Positions 63,159-64,000 of a DNA stretch of 64,000 nt are shown here, piece after piece. Made by a program: the position numbers and the translations under genes. The stretch spans positions 7,750,001-7,814,000 of the forward strand of contig NC_043020.1 of assembly GCF_006345805.1 (NCBI RefSeq). Direction: 5' to 3'. The notes under the pieces are model-generated. The model was given only the letters and a program-made list of their open reading frames with translations, was not told where the DNA came from and ran no database searches. The stretch comes from Octopus sinensis. Lineage: Eukaryota. Position 1 is the first letter of the stretch. The number at the start of each line of letters is the position of its first letter.

Positions 63159-63787
63159 TGAAAGCACATGGCCTAGTTGCTGAGAGTGTTGGGCTCACAA
63201 TCAAACGTTTGTGCTTCAGTTCTCAAAATCGTACATATATGTGGTTCTGTATACAAAATCTGTATATAGATTATTTATATCTTATATACACATGTGTGTG
63301 TATCAAGAATTTTTTATCATCCAGTATAGAGCGTCAACAGTTGTTTATATCATTTCCACCCAACACCCATCGCCTCACTCACACATCCTATCACTGTTCA
63401 ATCACTCGTCTGTCACACATTTGTGTGAACATCTGGTGTTGGTGTGTATCAATATTTAAGAGACGTTTATTGGGTTAGCTTTCTGATTGGACTCCAGTGA
63501 AATACCTCAATCTCTGTGAGCTGAACTCAGTAAACGATACATCTATGCACGCATACACACGTGCGTGCATGCATGCGCATGCAGACACACGCACACCTAC
63601 ACACACACTTGTTTTATGTCTGTCTCCCTCTCTCTCTCTGTCTCTCTAAATATATACATCTACTTGTTTTAGATATGGATTGCTACATTGTTATATATAT
63701 GTATGTATATATATATACATGTGTGTGTGTTTGTACACACATACAAACATACATTGCTATATATGTATATCTATATATCTATATCTG

Positions 63788-63828
<41 letters not shown>

Positions 63829-63923
63829 CTACAAACATACTTTGCTCTATATATATATATATATAGCAATGTATATATATATATATATACACACACACAC
63901 GCACACCTACAAACATACTTTGC

Positions 63924-63964
<41 letters not shown>

Positions 63965-64000
63965 TACATATAAATTGCTATAAAGACATACATATACATA

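Overview
AT-rich, microsatellite-dense eukaryotic DNA. The SINE families resemble those I associate with Octopus; this is inferred from memory, not from a database search. No intact protein-coding gene is supportable: the long ORFs in the track are read-throughs of simple repeats, and only a few weak microexon candidates exist. The window is a mosaic of: (i) at least four tRNA-headed SINE families and many RTE-type 3' tails; (ii) LINE relics (CR1/L2-group x2, RTE, R4/Dong-like); (iii) DNA transposon derivatives (an internally deleted piggyBac with nested insertions, DD37D/maT mariner, hAT, piggyBac and Tc1 MITEs, non-autonomous Helitrons); (iv) minisatellites. The most striking signal is absent from the ORF track. 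About 14 type I hammerhead-ribozyme-like motifs, from about 8 unrelated short elements mostly next to (TA)n, are readable by eye; these look like Penelope-like pseudo-LTR or retrozyme-type elements. One has a fully canonical core (11973-12052). One is a minimal motif with a compensatory U3-A8 core pair (63030-63073). Several carry family-level core variants, and one sits downstream of a tRNA-like Pol III head (5006-5256). Ribozyme activity is untested inference.
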